This document shows, one piece after another, positions 42,964-52,989 of a stretch of DNA of 64,000 nt. The translations under genes were made by a program, and so were the position numbers. The stretch's first letter is position 1. Each line of letters opens with the position of its first letter. This DNA comes from an uncultured Candidatus Rokubacteria bacterium. Its GTDB lineage: Bacteria; Methylomirabilota; Methylomirabilia; Rokubacteriales; CSP1-6. The stretch is taken from positions 64,001 through 128,000 of the forward strand of contig CAVWFS010000005.1 of the NCBI GenBank assembly GCA_963754315.1, read 5' to 3'. The notes under the pieces are model-generated. The model was not told the origin of the DNA. It ran no database searches and worked only from the letters and a program-made list of their open reading frames with translations.

Positions 42964-44160
42964 ATGGAGGACGTTGCCAGCGAGCTGCGCCTGTTCCTGC
43001 AAGGCATCTGCTGTGACTACCTCCTGTTTCGCCATCTCGACGAGGGGCTGCCGCCTGAGGCCATCCGCATCAGGCAGGAGGTGGCCCTCGGCGCCGGCGC
43101 CTTCGCAGACATCGAGGTCCGCGCGGGCCAGGCGCCGCCGTACTTCGTCGAGATCGATACAGGCTACTCCCGCGATCGCCTGCTCGAGAGCGTCCGGCGA
43201 AAGTACAGCAAGCCCCTCCCCGCCACCGACGGTGCGACGCGGGTCGTGGTGGCTGCCGACGAGAGAGCCCTCGGCGATCGGACGAGTGTCGAGCGTGTGC
43301 TGCGCGAGACGCTGCGGCCCGAGCTGGCCCTCGAGATCTGGGACGAACGCCATCTGCTCCGGCTCCTCGGTGACCGCTTTGGCGTCTCGCTCGGCACGTT
43401 GGGCGAGGACGACCTGCTCGCCCTCCGAAACGCGGTCGACCACGCCAAGGGTGTCCACGCCTTCGGCGACGGATTCCAGAATGATCCCCTCCAGGCCACC
43501 CTGCTCTGGCACCTGGCCTTCTGGAACGTGCGCCGACTGCGAGAGGCCGGTCGGAGTCTGTCCCGTTCAATCCTGCCGCCCGGGCTCTACCGCGATGTCG
43601 TGGTCCTGGTAGCCGACCTCTGCTCCTACTCGAGCTACGTTCGCGACACGCGCGACGACGCGGTCTCGCGCCGCTCGTTGACGTCGTTCGCGTCGAGGAC
43701 GCGCCACCGTGTCGTCAACGACGGCGGCATGCTGTATCAGTTCCTCGGAGACTCCGTGGTCGGGCTCTTCGGCGTGCCCGAGCCGTCGCCGGGATACGTC
43801 GAACAGGCCGTGGAGTGCGCGCGGGGGCTGGTCGACATCGGCGCCTCGGTCGCGACCGAGTGGCAGCGTCAGATCGACCAGATCCAAACGGCCGCCGGCG
43901 TGCATGTCTCCATGGCCCTCGGCGACCTCCAGGTGCTCCCGCTCCGGCCTTTGAGCCGCACGCACATGGGCGTCATCGGCGACTCCATCAACCTCGCCGA
44001 CCGCCTCAACGCGGCCGCCGGATGCGACGAGATCGTCGTGAGCAATACGCTCTACCAGCGCTTGCCCGACGGCCTCCGCACGGAGTTTCAGGAGGTGCCG
44101 CCGGTCGAGGCGAAGAACATCGGGCGGATCCGTGCCTGGAAGCTCAACACGCTCCGTTAA
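42964..44160 (+). CDS. Class III nucleotide cyclase with N-terminal PD-(D/E)xK-like domain
   Basis: C-terminal VADLCSYS, QFLGDSVVGLFG, IGDSINLADRL, EAKN; N-terminal QEV..ADI..FVEID..IWDE. Confidence 0.82.
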   Translation: MEDVASELRLFLQGICCDYLLFRHLDEGLPPEAIRIRQEVALGAGAFADIEVRAGQAPPYFVEIDTGYSRDRLLESVRRKYSKPLPATDGATRVVVAADERALGDRTSVERVLRETLRPELALEIWDERHLLRLLGDRFGVSLGTLGEDDLLALRNAVDHAKGVHAFGDGFQNDPLQATLLWHLAFWNVRRLREAGRSLSRSILPPGLYRDVVVLVADLCSYSSYVRDTRDDAVSRRSLTSFASRTRHRVVNDGGMLYQFLGDSVVGLFGVPEPSPGYVEQAVECARGLVDIGASVATEWQRQIDQIQTAAGVHVSMALGDLQVLPLRPLSRTHMGVIGDSINLADRLNAAAGCDEIVVSNTLYQRLPDGLRTEFQEVPPVEAKNIGRIRAWKLNTLR

Positions 44161-44286
44161 CCCGATTCGCCTCTGGCACACGCCTAGAGACTGATCCGCG
44201 ATTGGTCGAGGTCTGGTAGTAGGATCGCTGGAAGTGAAAGCCAGCTGACGTGTCCACCTTCGAGGGAGCAGGACCGGGAGGCGCAG

Positions 44287-45390
44287 ATGACGGACAAGAT
44301 TCGCGTCGGAATCGTGGGAGCGACGCTCACGCAAGGGGGCAGCGGGTGGGGGGCCAATGCCCACGTGCCCGCGCTGAAGGCTCTGCCCCACTACTCGCTG
44401 AAGGCGGTCTGCACCGCACACGAGGACACCGCCAAGGCTTCAGCCGCGGCGTTTGGTGCCGAGCGGGCGTTCCATCGGTTCAGTGACATGGCGGCGTCTC
44501 CGGACGTCGACCTCATCGTCGTCTGCGTGCGGGTGCCCGGCCATCGAGAGCTGGTCATGGCCGGCCTGCAGGCGGGAAAGGCCGTGTTCTGCGAGTGGCC
44601 GCTCGGCGCAAATCTGGCCGAAGCGGAAGAAATGGCCGGGCTCGCCCGCCAGCGCTCCCTGACGAACATCGTCGGTCTGCAGGCACGCAGCGACCCGACG
44701 ATTCTGTACGCGGCCGACCTCGTCCAGGGGGGCCACATCGGCGAGGTGCTCACGGCGAACCTGAGCACCGTGACCCAGGCCCAGCTGCAGCGAGGCCCAG
44801 GCCGCATCTGGCAGGGCGTACGCGCCAACGGTGCCAACACGCTGACCATCACCGGCGGCCACGCCATCGACGCCCTGTGTGCCGTGCTCGGTGAGTTTGC
44901 CGAGGTCTCGGCACGCGTGTCGACCCGAATCCCGGAGTGGCGGACTCCGGAAGGAAAGTCGGTCCCCGTTGACGCGCCGGACAGCATCAACGTCATCGGC
45001 CGCATGGTGAGCGGCGCCGAGGTCTCGATCAACGTGGCCGCCGTTCCCTCGAATCCCGGGGGAAACCGAATGGAGATCTATGGCCGCGAGGGCGCTCTCG
45101 TCATCCGGGCGGATGGCTCCCTCAACATCGGACCGAGTCACGTGTACGCGGGCAAGGGGAAAGACCCCCTGGCGCCAATGCCGGTGCCGTCCAAGTACAC
45201 GATCGCCCCCGCGGATACGCCGGCCGGCGGGCCGGTCAACGTCGCTCAGGCCTACGCGCGCATGGCCGACGCCCTCCGCGCAGGTCGGTCGTTCGACATT
45301 GACTTCAACCTCGCCGTCCAGCGCCACAAGCTGATCGACGCGATCGAGCGATCCTCCGCGTCGGGCCGGTCCATCAGATTGGTCCCGTGA
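44287..45390 (+). CDS. Gfo/Idh/MocA oxidoreductase
   Basis: IRVGIVGA, KAVFCEWPLG, GGHAID. Confidence 0.92.
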   Translation: MTDKIRVGIVGATLTQGGSGWGANAHVPALKALPHYSLKAVCTAHEDTAKASAAAFGAERAFHRFSDMAASPDVDLIVVCVRVPGHRELVMAGLQAGKAVFCEWPLGANLAEAEEMAGLARQRSLTNIVGLQARSDPTILYAADLVQGGHIGEVLTANLSTVTQAQLQRGPGRIWQGVRANGANTLTITGGHAIDALCAVLGEFAEVSARVSTRIPEWRTPEGKSVPVDAPDSINVIGRMVSGAEVSINVAAVPSNPGGNRMEIYGREGALVIRADGSLNIGPSHVYAGKGKDPLAPMPVPSKYTIAPADTPAGGPVNVAQAYARMADALRAGRSFDIDFNLAVQRHKLIDAIERSSASGRSIRLVP

Positions 45391-45539
45391 GGGAGCCGTC
45401 GACCTAGCTCGTCGTGCGGCGCGGTCGGAGGGACTGGCTTCGAGAAGGGCCGTTCCCCGACCGCGCCGGCCGACGCGAGGCGTCACCGCCGCCGGCTGGA
45501 CGGTGAAGGAACGGCTTGGCGTAAGATTCAGGTGACGTC

Positions 45540-48500
45540 ATGGCGTTGGCGAAGACGACCCGTCCCACGCAGACGGGGACCCTCGTGCGGCCGCGGCTCG
45601 TCCGGCGGCTCGATCTGGCCGGGAAGAAACCGGTCACCTGGGTGTGGGCGCCGCCGGGCGCGGGCAAGACGACCCTGGTCGCGAGTTACCTTGCGGCACG
45701 CAAGACCCGCGGGCTCTGGTACCAGGTCGACGAAGGCGACGCGGACGTCGCGACCTTCTTCTACTATCTCGGCCTAGCCGCGCCCCGCCGCCGGCGGCCG
45801 CTGCCCCTGCTGACGCCTGAGCACCACGAGGGGATCGCCGTGTTCGCGCGGCGCTTCTTCCGCGAGCTGTACAGTCGGCTGAAGCCGCCCTTCACCCTCG
45901 TCTTCGATAACTATCAGGACGTTCCGCCCGACTCCGCCCTCCACGACGTCATGGCAGAGACGGTCGACGAGATCCCGACGAGCGGGCGGCTCGTCTTCAT
46001 CAGCCGAAGCGACCCACCGCCGGCCTTCGCCCGTCACCGCGTCCACCAGCATCTGGAGATGATCGATTGGGCCCAGCTCCGGTTCACGCGGACCGAGGCC
46101 GCGCAGCTGGCCCGGAAGCTCGCGCCGGGACGCTGGCCCCGCGAGACGATCCGCTCCCTGCACGACATCGCCGATGGCTGGTGCGCCGGGCTCGTGCTGC
46201 TGCTCGATCAGCTCCGCTCGCAAGGCCGGGCGTCACCGGCGCCACGCGAGCCATCGTCGGAGGTCTTGTTCGACTACTTTGCGGGTGAGATCTTCAAGAA
46301 CGCCGATCCCGCCGTCCAGCAGGTGCTGCTTCACACCGCGTTCCTGCCGCAGGTGACCCCCGCGATGGCCGTGACGCTCACGGGCGAGCCGACCGCCGGC
46401 GAGATTCTCGCCACGCTGCACGAGCAGAACTACTTCACCAACAAGCAGGCGCTCAGCGGTGAGCCGGTGTATGAGTACCACCCACTCTTCCGCGACTTCC
46501 TCCTGTCGCAGGCGCTGCGGGTCTACCCGCCGGCCGATCGCGCCAGGATCCGCCGGACGGCGGCGGGCCTCCTTCACGCCGCGGGCCACATCGAGGCGGC
46601 GGCCCGGCTGCTGCGCGACGCCGAGGACTGGGCCACGCTCGCACAGTTGATCCATCGCCATGCGCAAAGCCTGGTGGCTCAGGGCCGGGCCCAGACCCTG
46701 GAGGAGTGGCTGCAAGGCATACCCGAGGCGATCTTCACCGAGCAGCCATGGCTGCTCTTCTGGCGGGGGTGGATGGCGCAGCATCACGCCGACCGCCGAC
46801 ACAGCCTCGAGCAAGCGTTCACGGCCTTCCGCCACCAGGGGGACACGACCGGGATGTTCCTGGCCTGGGCGGGCGTGATCTTCGCGTACATGAGCGAGGG
46901 CGTCTTGATCCCCATGGACCGCTGGATCGCTCTGCTCGACGACATCATGCAGGATGCTCCAGCATTTCCTTCGAAAGGGGTCGAGGTGCGCGTCGCCACG
47001 GCGATGCTTGTCGCGACCACGATGCGGCAACCGTCCCATCCCCAGGCGGCGCAGTGGGCCGAGCGAGCCATCGAGGTGGCGCGGCGGCACCCGGACCCAT
47101 TCACGAGGGCAATCGCCGCCCTCGCCTGGTTTCAGCATCAGCTCCAGGTCGGTGATCTTGCCCAGGTGGTGGTGGTGGTCGATGAGATGCGGACGGTGAT
47201 ACGTGCGCGCGACGTCTCCCCGATCGCGGCCGTGAACGGCCGGATGGTGGTGGTCTGGTACGAAGCGGCCATGGCGCTGCCGTCGTACCGGCGCACGGTG
47301 GCCCAGATGCTCGAGCTGGTGCCGACGACGGGCGGGTCGTCTCCGGCGCGACGCATGGTGCTCTGTGGCGGCCTCATGGGAGCCCTGAGCGACGGCGATC
47401 TCGAGACATCGGCCGCGTGGCTGCAAGAGCTGGAACGAGACCTCCACCTGCTCGGGCCGATGTTTCACTTCTGGCACCACTGCTTCATCGTGTGGGAAGC
47501 CCTGATCCGCCGCGACGTCGGGCGCGCGGCTATCTACCAGCCCGAGATGTTGCGACTGGCCCTCCAGGCAGGATGCGTTCTGGACGAGGTGATCGCTCAT
47601 CTCATGTCGGCCCAGGTGCTTCACGCGCGCGGCGAGGAGCGAGAGGCGCGCGGGCATCTCGACCGGGGATTCGAGATCGGACGCGTCATGGGCAGCGCCT
47701 ACGTCGAGTTCATGGCTCGTCTGACGGAGGCGCAGCTTTGCCTGGACGGCGACCACGAGACCGACGGCCTGCAGGCGCTTGCCCGGGCGCTGGCGCTCGG
47801 CCGGGAGCACGGCTACGTGAACTCCCGGGTGTGGATTCCGGCGGTCATGGCGCGCCTGTGCGCCCGCGCGCTGGAGGCGGGCATCGAGGTGGACTACGTG
47901 CGCGGCCTCATCCAGAAGCGCGGTCTCGTGCCGGAGAGCCCGCCGGTAGAAGTGGAAGCGTGGCCGTGGCCGATCAAGATCCTCACCCTCGGGCGGTTCG
48001 AGGTGCTGCGCGACGGCGAGCCGGTCCGGTTCGCCCACAAGGTGCAACGCAAGCCTCTGGCCCTGCTGAAAGCCATGATCGCATTCGGTGGCCGGACCGT
48101 GCGCGAAGATCTGGTGATGGACGCGCTCTGGCCCGAGGCCGAAGGCGACCTTGCGCGCGTGGCGCTGGCCAGCGCGCTGCACCGGCTGCGGGCCCTCCTG
48201 GGCCGTGAGCAGGCCGTCCTCCGTCAGGAGGGGCAGCTGAGTCTGGACACGAGACTCTGCTGGGTGGACGTCTGGGCGGTGGAGCGCCTGCTGGGACGCG
48301 CGGAGACCGCGGCCAATCCCCGGGAGCTCATACGGAAAGCCGCCAGCCTCTACCGGGGCCCGTTCCTCGACGAGCGGGAGGCCGAGCTGCCCCAGGCCAC
48401 GGCGCTGGCCGAGAGCCTCCGTCGTCGCCTGCTCCGGCAGCTCGTACGCGCCGGGCGGCAGTGTGAGTCGGCGAATCGGCAGGAGGCCGTGGCCTGGTAC

Positions 48501-48692
48501 GAAGAAGCGCTCCGCGTGGACCCGTGTGCCGAGGACGCGTGCCGGAGCCTCATGACTGCCTACCACCGGCTCGAGCGCTCCGCCGATGTGGTGGCTACCT
48601 ATCAGCGCTGCCGCACCGCCCTCGCCACCGTCCGGGGCCTCGCCCCTTCCGCAGAGACCGAGGGGCTCTTCAAGACTCTTTCCGTCCGCTAA
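45540..48692 (+). CDS. MalT-like ATPase + TPR + C-terminal wHTH/BTAD regulator
   Basis: APPGAGKTTL, FDNYQ, YEYHPLFR; C-terminal LGRFEV, DALWPE, LYRGPFL, DPCAE..LM. Confidence 0.9.
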   Translation: MALAKTTRPTQTGTLVRPRLVRRLDLAGKKPVTWVWAPPGAGKTTLVASYLAARKTRGLWYQVDEGDADVATFFYYLGLAAPRRRRPLPLLTPEHHEGIAVFARRFFRELYSRLKPPFTLVFDNYQDVPPDSALHDVMAETVDEIPTSGRLVFISRSDPPPAFARHRVHQHLEMIDWAQLRFTRTEAAQLARKLAPGRWPRETIRSLHDIADGWCAGLVLLLDQLRSQGRASPAPREPSSEVLFDYFAGEIFKNADPAVQQVLLHTAFLPQVTPAMAVTLTGEPTAGEILATLHEQNYFTNKQALSGEPVYEYHPLFRDFLLSQALRVYPPADRARIRRTAAGLLHAAGHIEAAARLLRDAEDWATLAQLIHRHAQSLVAQGRAQTLEEWLQGIPEAIFTEQPWLLFWRGWMAQHHADRRHSLEQAFTAFRHQGDTTGMFLAWAGVIFAYMSEGVLIPMDRWIALLDDIMQDAPAFPSKGVEVRVATAMLVATTMRQPSHPQAAQWAERAIEVARRHPDPFTRAIAALAWFQHQLQVGDLAQVVVVVDEMRTVIRARDVSPIAAVNGRMVVVWYEAAMALPSYRRTVAQMLELVPTTGGSSPARRMVLCGGLMGALSDGDLETSAAWLQELERDLHLLGPMFHFWHHCFIVWEALIRRDVGRAAIYQPEMLRLALQAGCVLDEVIAHLMSAQVLHARGEEREARGHLDRGFEIGRVMGSAYVEFMARLTEAQLCLDGDHETDGLQALARALALGREHGYVNSRVWIPAVMARLCARALEAGIEVDYVRGLIQKRGLVPESPPVEVEAWPWPIKILTLGRFEVLRDGEPVRFAHKVQRKPLALLKAMIAFGGRTVREDLVMDALWPEAEGDLARVALASALHRLRALLGREQAVLRQEGQLSLDTRLCWVDVWAVERLLGRAETAANPRELIRKAASLYRGPFLDEREAELPQATALAESLRRRLLRQLVRAGRQCESANRQEAVAWYEEALRVDPCAEDACRSLMTAYHRLERSADVVATYQRCRTALATVRGLAPSAETEGLFKTLSVR

Positions 48693-48884
48693 GTTACCGG
48701 ATTCCTCGCCGGGTCGTGGTCTCGCCCGCGCTGTGCCGCGGGACAGGAAGCCACGGCCCACCAGCTCCACCGTTCCCGAATCCGAACACGATCGGTCATC
48801 GCGTGGCGATAGCGTGCATCACGTGAGACGGACGGTCACGGTCCTTGACGCTCGAGCAACTGATCACGAGCCGAGGAGGTCGTC

Positions 48885-49330
48885 ATGGAACGAACTGTCG
48901 TCTCGTCCTGGTCCTCATGCTCCTGACGCTCCACGGTCCGCGCTGGCCATTGTCACGCACGCAGAATCCGAACACCGCCAACGTCGGTCATCGCCAGTCG
49001 CCGCGGAGCAGATCGGCGCATGGACAGCCCAACCGGAACGCCTTCGTCGTGGAGAACATCTTCACGGACTTCAAGCGGACGACCTCGGGCTCAACTTCCA
49101 CGAGCGCGACTACGACCACGTTCGCACCACTGCCGGACCACGCCGCTGTGCGGAATGGGCATCGACGGCCCACTACGGGACCTTCCTCAACTCGCTCGTC
49201 ATCTTCCCGCCTGACGACACACCCTCGAACCTCGACCCGGGGAACCGGGCGACCGCCGGCTATCCCCAGTTCGGCGCGCGGCAGCATCCGCCTGGGCGCG
49301 CTGTTCAATGACCCCGCCGATCCCGAATAG
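48885..49330 (+). pseudogene. Degraded C-terminal fragment of a di-heme oxidoreductase (DHOR)-like protein
   Basis: NIFTDFKR..GLNFHERDYD..RTTPLCG..FLNSLVIFPPDD over several frames. Confidence 0.5.
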
Positions 49331-49353
49331 TCCCGTGCAATCCAACACGGAGT

Positions 49354-49385
49354 GTGGCTCGAGGCATGCTCACGCCTCGAGCCAC
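49354..49385. terminator. Hairpin between convergent genes
   Basis: GTGGCTCGAGGC / GCCTCGAGCCAC perfect 12-bp stem. Confidence 0.6.
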
Positions 49386-49465
49386 CAGCGCGTCCGGCAG
49401 ACGTGAGTGCTGCTGGGCATCGGCGTCGGCTTCTGAACAGCACGGAGAGCGAAAGGTCGGCGGAG

Positions 49466-50848
49466 TCATACGTGCGGACCGCTGACCAGGCCCGGGGTGC
49501 CGCCCTCCTCCCGCAGCAGGTCAACCAGGTCGCCTAGCCGCGGCAGGTCATCGAGCCGGTCGACGAGTGCCTCCACCCGCGCCACGCCGGCCGGGCTGAG
49601 CACCAAGCCGCCCAGCTCTCGAAATTTTGCTCGAAGCTCGCCTTCGTCGTACGGGTCCTGATAGTCACCGCGGGCGCTCTCGCGCGTCCTTGTTACCTGA
49701 CGTCCATCGGTGAAGGTGACGGTGACCCGCGCCGGCTTGAGCCGTGGCACGTTTGCGCTCAAGTCGGCGTCCTCGCGAACATTGACCCGCCGGCGGAACG
49801 CCGCGATCCTGGGCTCCCGAACGGCTTCCTCGGTAAAGGCGTGATAGCCGACACTACCTCGTAGCACCAAGGCGGCCGCCGCATGGGGGAGCGAGTACCT
49901 GGCCGCGAACGGGTTGACCGGGTCGCGCTCGCGCATGTTCGCGGCGAACGCGTAGGTCGACACGTCGATGCGCTCGATGCTGGCGGGAGTGGGCCGACAG
50001 TCGGTGAGAATGTCTTCCAGCGCGTCCAGCGCCGTGTAGATCGGATTGCAGCAAGCACGCAGCCGAAAGTAGTTGCGCGTAATCTCCCACCGCTGGCCCA
50101 GTTGTTCAGTCAGGGCCTCGGGCCTGAACCCGTCGCCGACCAATTGGCCGAAGGCCTCCTCGATAGCGTTCGGCTGAGCGACAACGCCAGCCAGCGCTAG
50201 CTCCGGCGCGAGGATCCCGGCGAAGCCGCTCATTCCTCCAGCGACGTTCAGCGCAGTGGCCCCCGCAACCGCGTTCGGGTAGCCGGGGGTAAGGACGAGG
50301 ATCGCGCCGATCCTGAGGGCGAGGCTCATGTGGGCGCTGGTCAGCCTGCGCAGCCGCCCTCCGGCAGCCACTGCCCCCAGAAGAGGTGCCTGGCCGTTCT
50401 GATGGGCGAGCGGCCGGGCCGTGAGCCCCGCCCCGAGTCGGACCGCAACCTCGTAGCCGAAAATCAGCGCGGCCAGGGTCTCCCCGCCCGACCGCTCGAG
50501 CCATTGGGCGCTGGCCAGCACAGTGGGCAGGACCTGCACGGCCGCCTGGCAGGAGACATAGCGATGCCCCTCGCACAACTCGATCGAACGTCCGGCCAGT
50601 CCATTGAGCAGGGCCGCCGTGCGCGGGTCCGTCGTGGGCCAGGGCGGCGCATAGACTGTCGCGCCCTGACCACCTGTCGCCGTCAGTCGCGCTCGCGCGG
50701 CGGCCACCTCGGGCTGTCCCGAACCGGCGAGAATGACGCCAAGCGTATCCAGCAGCACAAGCTTGGCGTGTCCGCGAACAGGCTCGGGAATGGTTTCCCA
50801 TCGCGAGCTCGCCACGAAGTGCGCCAGTTCCTCGATCGCGTTACCCAT
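49466..50848 (-). CDS. MmgE/PrpD family protein
   Basis: AKLVLLDTLGVILAG, AALLNG, GYEV, ARYSLPH, LRAKF. Confidence 0.9.
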   Translation of the reverse strand: MGNAIEELAHFVASSRWETIPEPVRGHAKLVLLDTLGVILAGSGQPEVAAARARLTATGGQGATVYAPPWPTTDPRTAALLNGLAGRSIELCEGHRYVSCQAAVQVLPTVLASAQWLERSGGETLAALIFGYEVAVRLGAGLTARPLAHQNGQAPLLGAVAAGGRLRRLTSAHMSLALRIGAILVLTPGYPNAVAGATALNVAGGMSGFAGILAPELALAGVVAQPNAIEEAFGQLVGDGFRPEALTEQLGQRWEITRNYFRLRACCNPIYTALDALEDILTDCRPTPASIERIDVSTYAFAANMRERDPVNPFAARYSLPHAAAALVLRGSVGYHAFTEEAVREPRIAAFRRRVNVREDADLSANVPRLKPARVTVTFTDGRQVTRTRESARGDYQDPYDEGELRAKFRELGGLVLSPAGVARVEALVDRLDDLPRLGDLVDLLREEGGTPGLVSGPHV

Positions 50849-51058
50849 CGCCGCGCGCCATGACTGTCTCTGGGTGACTCACATCCCGCTAGCGTATAGG
50901 CGTCGCCCGAGATGTTTCAACTCGCCCTCAGCGGTCTGGTCTCGCCATTGCGCCCCTTCCACCCACCCAGGGCGCTTGACGGGACCGCCGCCGAGCGCGA
51001 TCCTCCCTTGCACGGGAGAGGCACGAGCGAAGATAGTGGTGCCCAAGGAGCCCTTACC

Positions 51059-51994
51059 ATGTCTGATGGTGTGAGTGGCGGATTGTCCAAGCGCATCGAG
51101 CAACTGGCCCCAGAGCTGGAGAAGATCATCTCCCCGTCTGAGACCATCCACGAGCTGGCCGATGGATTCGGCGGCCCACACGGGCCGGCCGAGGGACCGC
51201 TCTGGTGGAAGGAAGGCCGGTATCTGCTCTTCAGCGATATCCACAACAGCAAGCGCATGAAGTATCTGCCCAGCCAGGGCGTCTCCCTATTCCAGGAGCC
51301 GACGAACCGGGCCAATGGGCTGACCAGGGATCTGCAGGGTCGGCTGCTTGCCTGCGAGCACGACACGCGGCGCGTCACCCGCCAAGAGCTCGACGGCAGC
51401 CTCACCGTGATCGCCAACTGCTTTCAGGGCCGCCAGCTCAATCGCCCCAACGACGTTGTGGTCAAGTCCGACGGCTGCATTTACTTCACCGACCCCTGGA
51501 CCAGCCCTGCCCCGGCCCAGCAATGGGATTTGACCTTTTCTGGCGTGTACCGCCTCACTCCCGATCTGGGCACCATGACCCTCCTGGTCGATGACTTCGT
51601 GCTGCCCAACGGACTCGCCTTCTCCCCGGATGAAAGCGTGCTCTACATCAACGACACGCGCCGCGGTCACATCCGGGCCTTCGATCTGCTGCCCAACGGC
51701 ACCCTCGCCAAGCACACCGATCGCGTCTTCGCCGACCTGCGGGGAGCAGAGCCTGGCGTTCCCGACGGCATGAAGGTGGATGTGGAAGGCAATGTCTACT
51801 GTGGCGGGGCTGGGGGCCTCTGGATCATGGACCCGCGCGGCAAGAAGCTCGGCCGCATCGTTCACGGGGCTCCGGCTACCACCAACCTGGCCTTCGGCGG
51901 CGATGACTGGAAAACGCTGTACTTCACCAGCCGGAGTCACCTAGGCGCGGTCACGTTGAAGATCGCGGGCATCCCTGTGCCGGTGACGAAGTAG
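51059..51994 (+). CDS. SMP-30/gluconolactonase family protein
   Basis: AEGPLW, NRPNDV, PNGLAFSPD, PDGMKVD. Confidence 0.93.
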   Translation: MSDGVSGGLSKRIEQLAPELEKIISPSETIHELADGFGGPHGPAEGPLWWKEGRYLLFSDIHNSKRMKYLPSQGVSLFQEPTNRANGLTRDLQGRLLACEHDTRRVTRQELDGSLTVIANCFQGRQLNRPNDVVVKSDGCIYFTDPWTSPAPAQQWDLTFSGVYRLTPDLGTMTLLVDDFVLPNGLAFSPDESVLYINDTRRGHIRAFDLLPNGTLAKHTDRVFADLRGAEPGVPDGMKVDVEGNVYCGGAGGLWIMDPRGKKLGRIVHGAPATTNLAFGGDDWKTLYFTSRSHLGAVTLKIAGIPVPVTK

Positions 51995-52032
51995 CCGTCG
52001 AGACATCACCCGAGGAGGCAGACGCGCGACAG

Positions 52033-52953
52033 ATGGCCCTGAAAGACACGATCGCACTCGGCATGTCCCTGCCGCATCGCTCCCCCGATCCGATCGACCT
52101 GATGACGGTACGTCAGGTCGCCCAGCGCGCCGATTCGCTGGGGTTTCGCGACCTGTGGGTGACGGAGAACACCTTGGATCACGTGTTCTCCTTCGATCCC
52201 ATGGTCGTGCTGACCTACGCGGCCTCGGTCACGCAAGCCATCCGGGTGGGGGTGTCGGTGGCCGTCCTGCCCGTTCACAATCCCATCCACGTGGCGCACC
52301 AGGTAGCCACCCTGGACTACGTGAGCAACGGCCGCGCGATCCTCGGCGTCGGATTGGGCCGGAACGACCACTACACGCACTTCCAGGTCTCCCTGGATCA
52401 CCGCGTCCGGCGCTTCCGGGAGGGGGTCGAAGTCATCAAAGCGCTGTGGACCGAGCCGAAGGTCAGCTACCAGGGCAGCATCATCCGCCTCGAAGGCGGG
52501 GCCATGCCACTCAAGCCGGTGCAGAAGCCGCACCCGCCGATCTGGCTGGGCGGCGGCCATCCGGACGCGCTTCGCCGCGCGGCAACCATGGCCGACGCCT
52601 GGATGGGCGCCGGTGGCTCGAGCACGACCGATTTCTCTCGTCATGTCCCCATCCTGAAATCGGCACTGGAAAAAGCCGGGCGAGATCCGGCGGTCTTTCC
52701 CATCTCAAAGCGCGTGTTCCTGTCAGTGCACGAACGCCCTGAGGTCGCCCGGGCCGAGGTGCACCGCTGGTACACCGCCGTGTACAAGAACCCCGACGGG
52801 ACCGACGCCTCGGGTGTGCACGGCACACCGGAGCAGGTGCGGGAGCGGCTGGAGGCGCTGGTGGACATGGGAGCGAATCATCTTCTCCTCAACCCGGTCT
52901 GCCGCTATGCCGAGCAACTGGAAGCGCTGGCGAGGGTGGTGGGACTCGCCTAA
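52033..52953 (+). CDS. LLM-class flavin-dependent oxidoreductase
   Basis: ATLDYVSNGRAILGVG, KPVQKPHPPIWLGG. Confidence 0.92.
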   Translation: MALKDTIALGMSLPHRSPDPIDLMTVRQVAQRADSLGFRDLWVTENTLDHVFSFDPMVVLTYAASVTQAIRVGVSVAVLPVHNPIHVAHQVATLDYVSNGRAILGVGLGRNDHYTHFQVSLDHRVRRFREGVEVIKALWTEPKVSYQGSIIRLEGGAMPLKPVQKPHPPIWLGGGHPDALRRAATMADAWMGAGGSSTTDFSRHVPILKSALEKAGRDPAVFPISKRVFLSVHERPEVARAEVHRWYTAVYKNPDGTDASGVHGTPEQVRERLEALVDMGANHLLLNPVCRYAEQLEALARVVGLA

Positions 52954-52989
52954 CCGCCTCGGCAAGACCAGGCACTGACGGAGGAAGGG

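Noticed and set aside
46233..48770. Long antisense ORFs (also 37427-39457, 27403-29022, 41953-43512, 34574-36070)
   Set aside because: High-GC shadows of clear genes on the opposite strand; no motifs.
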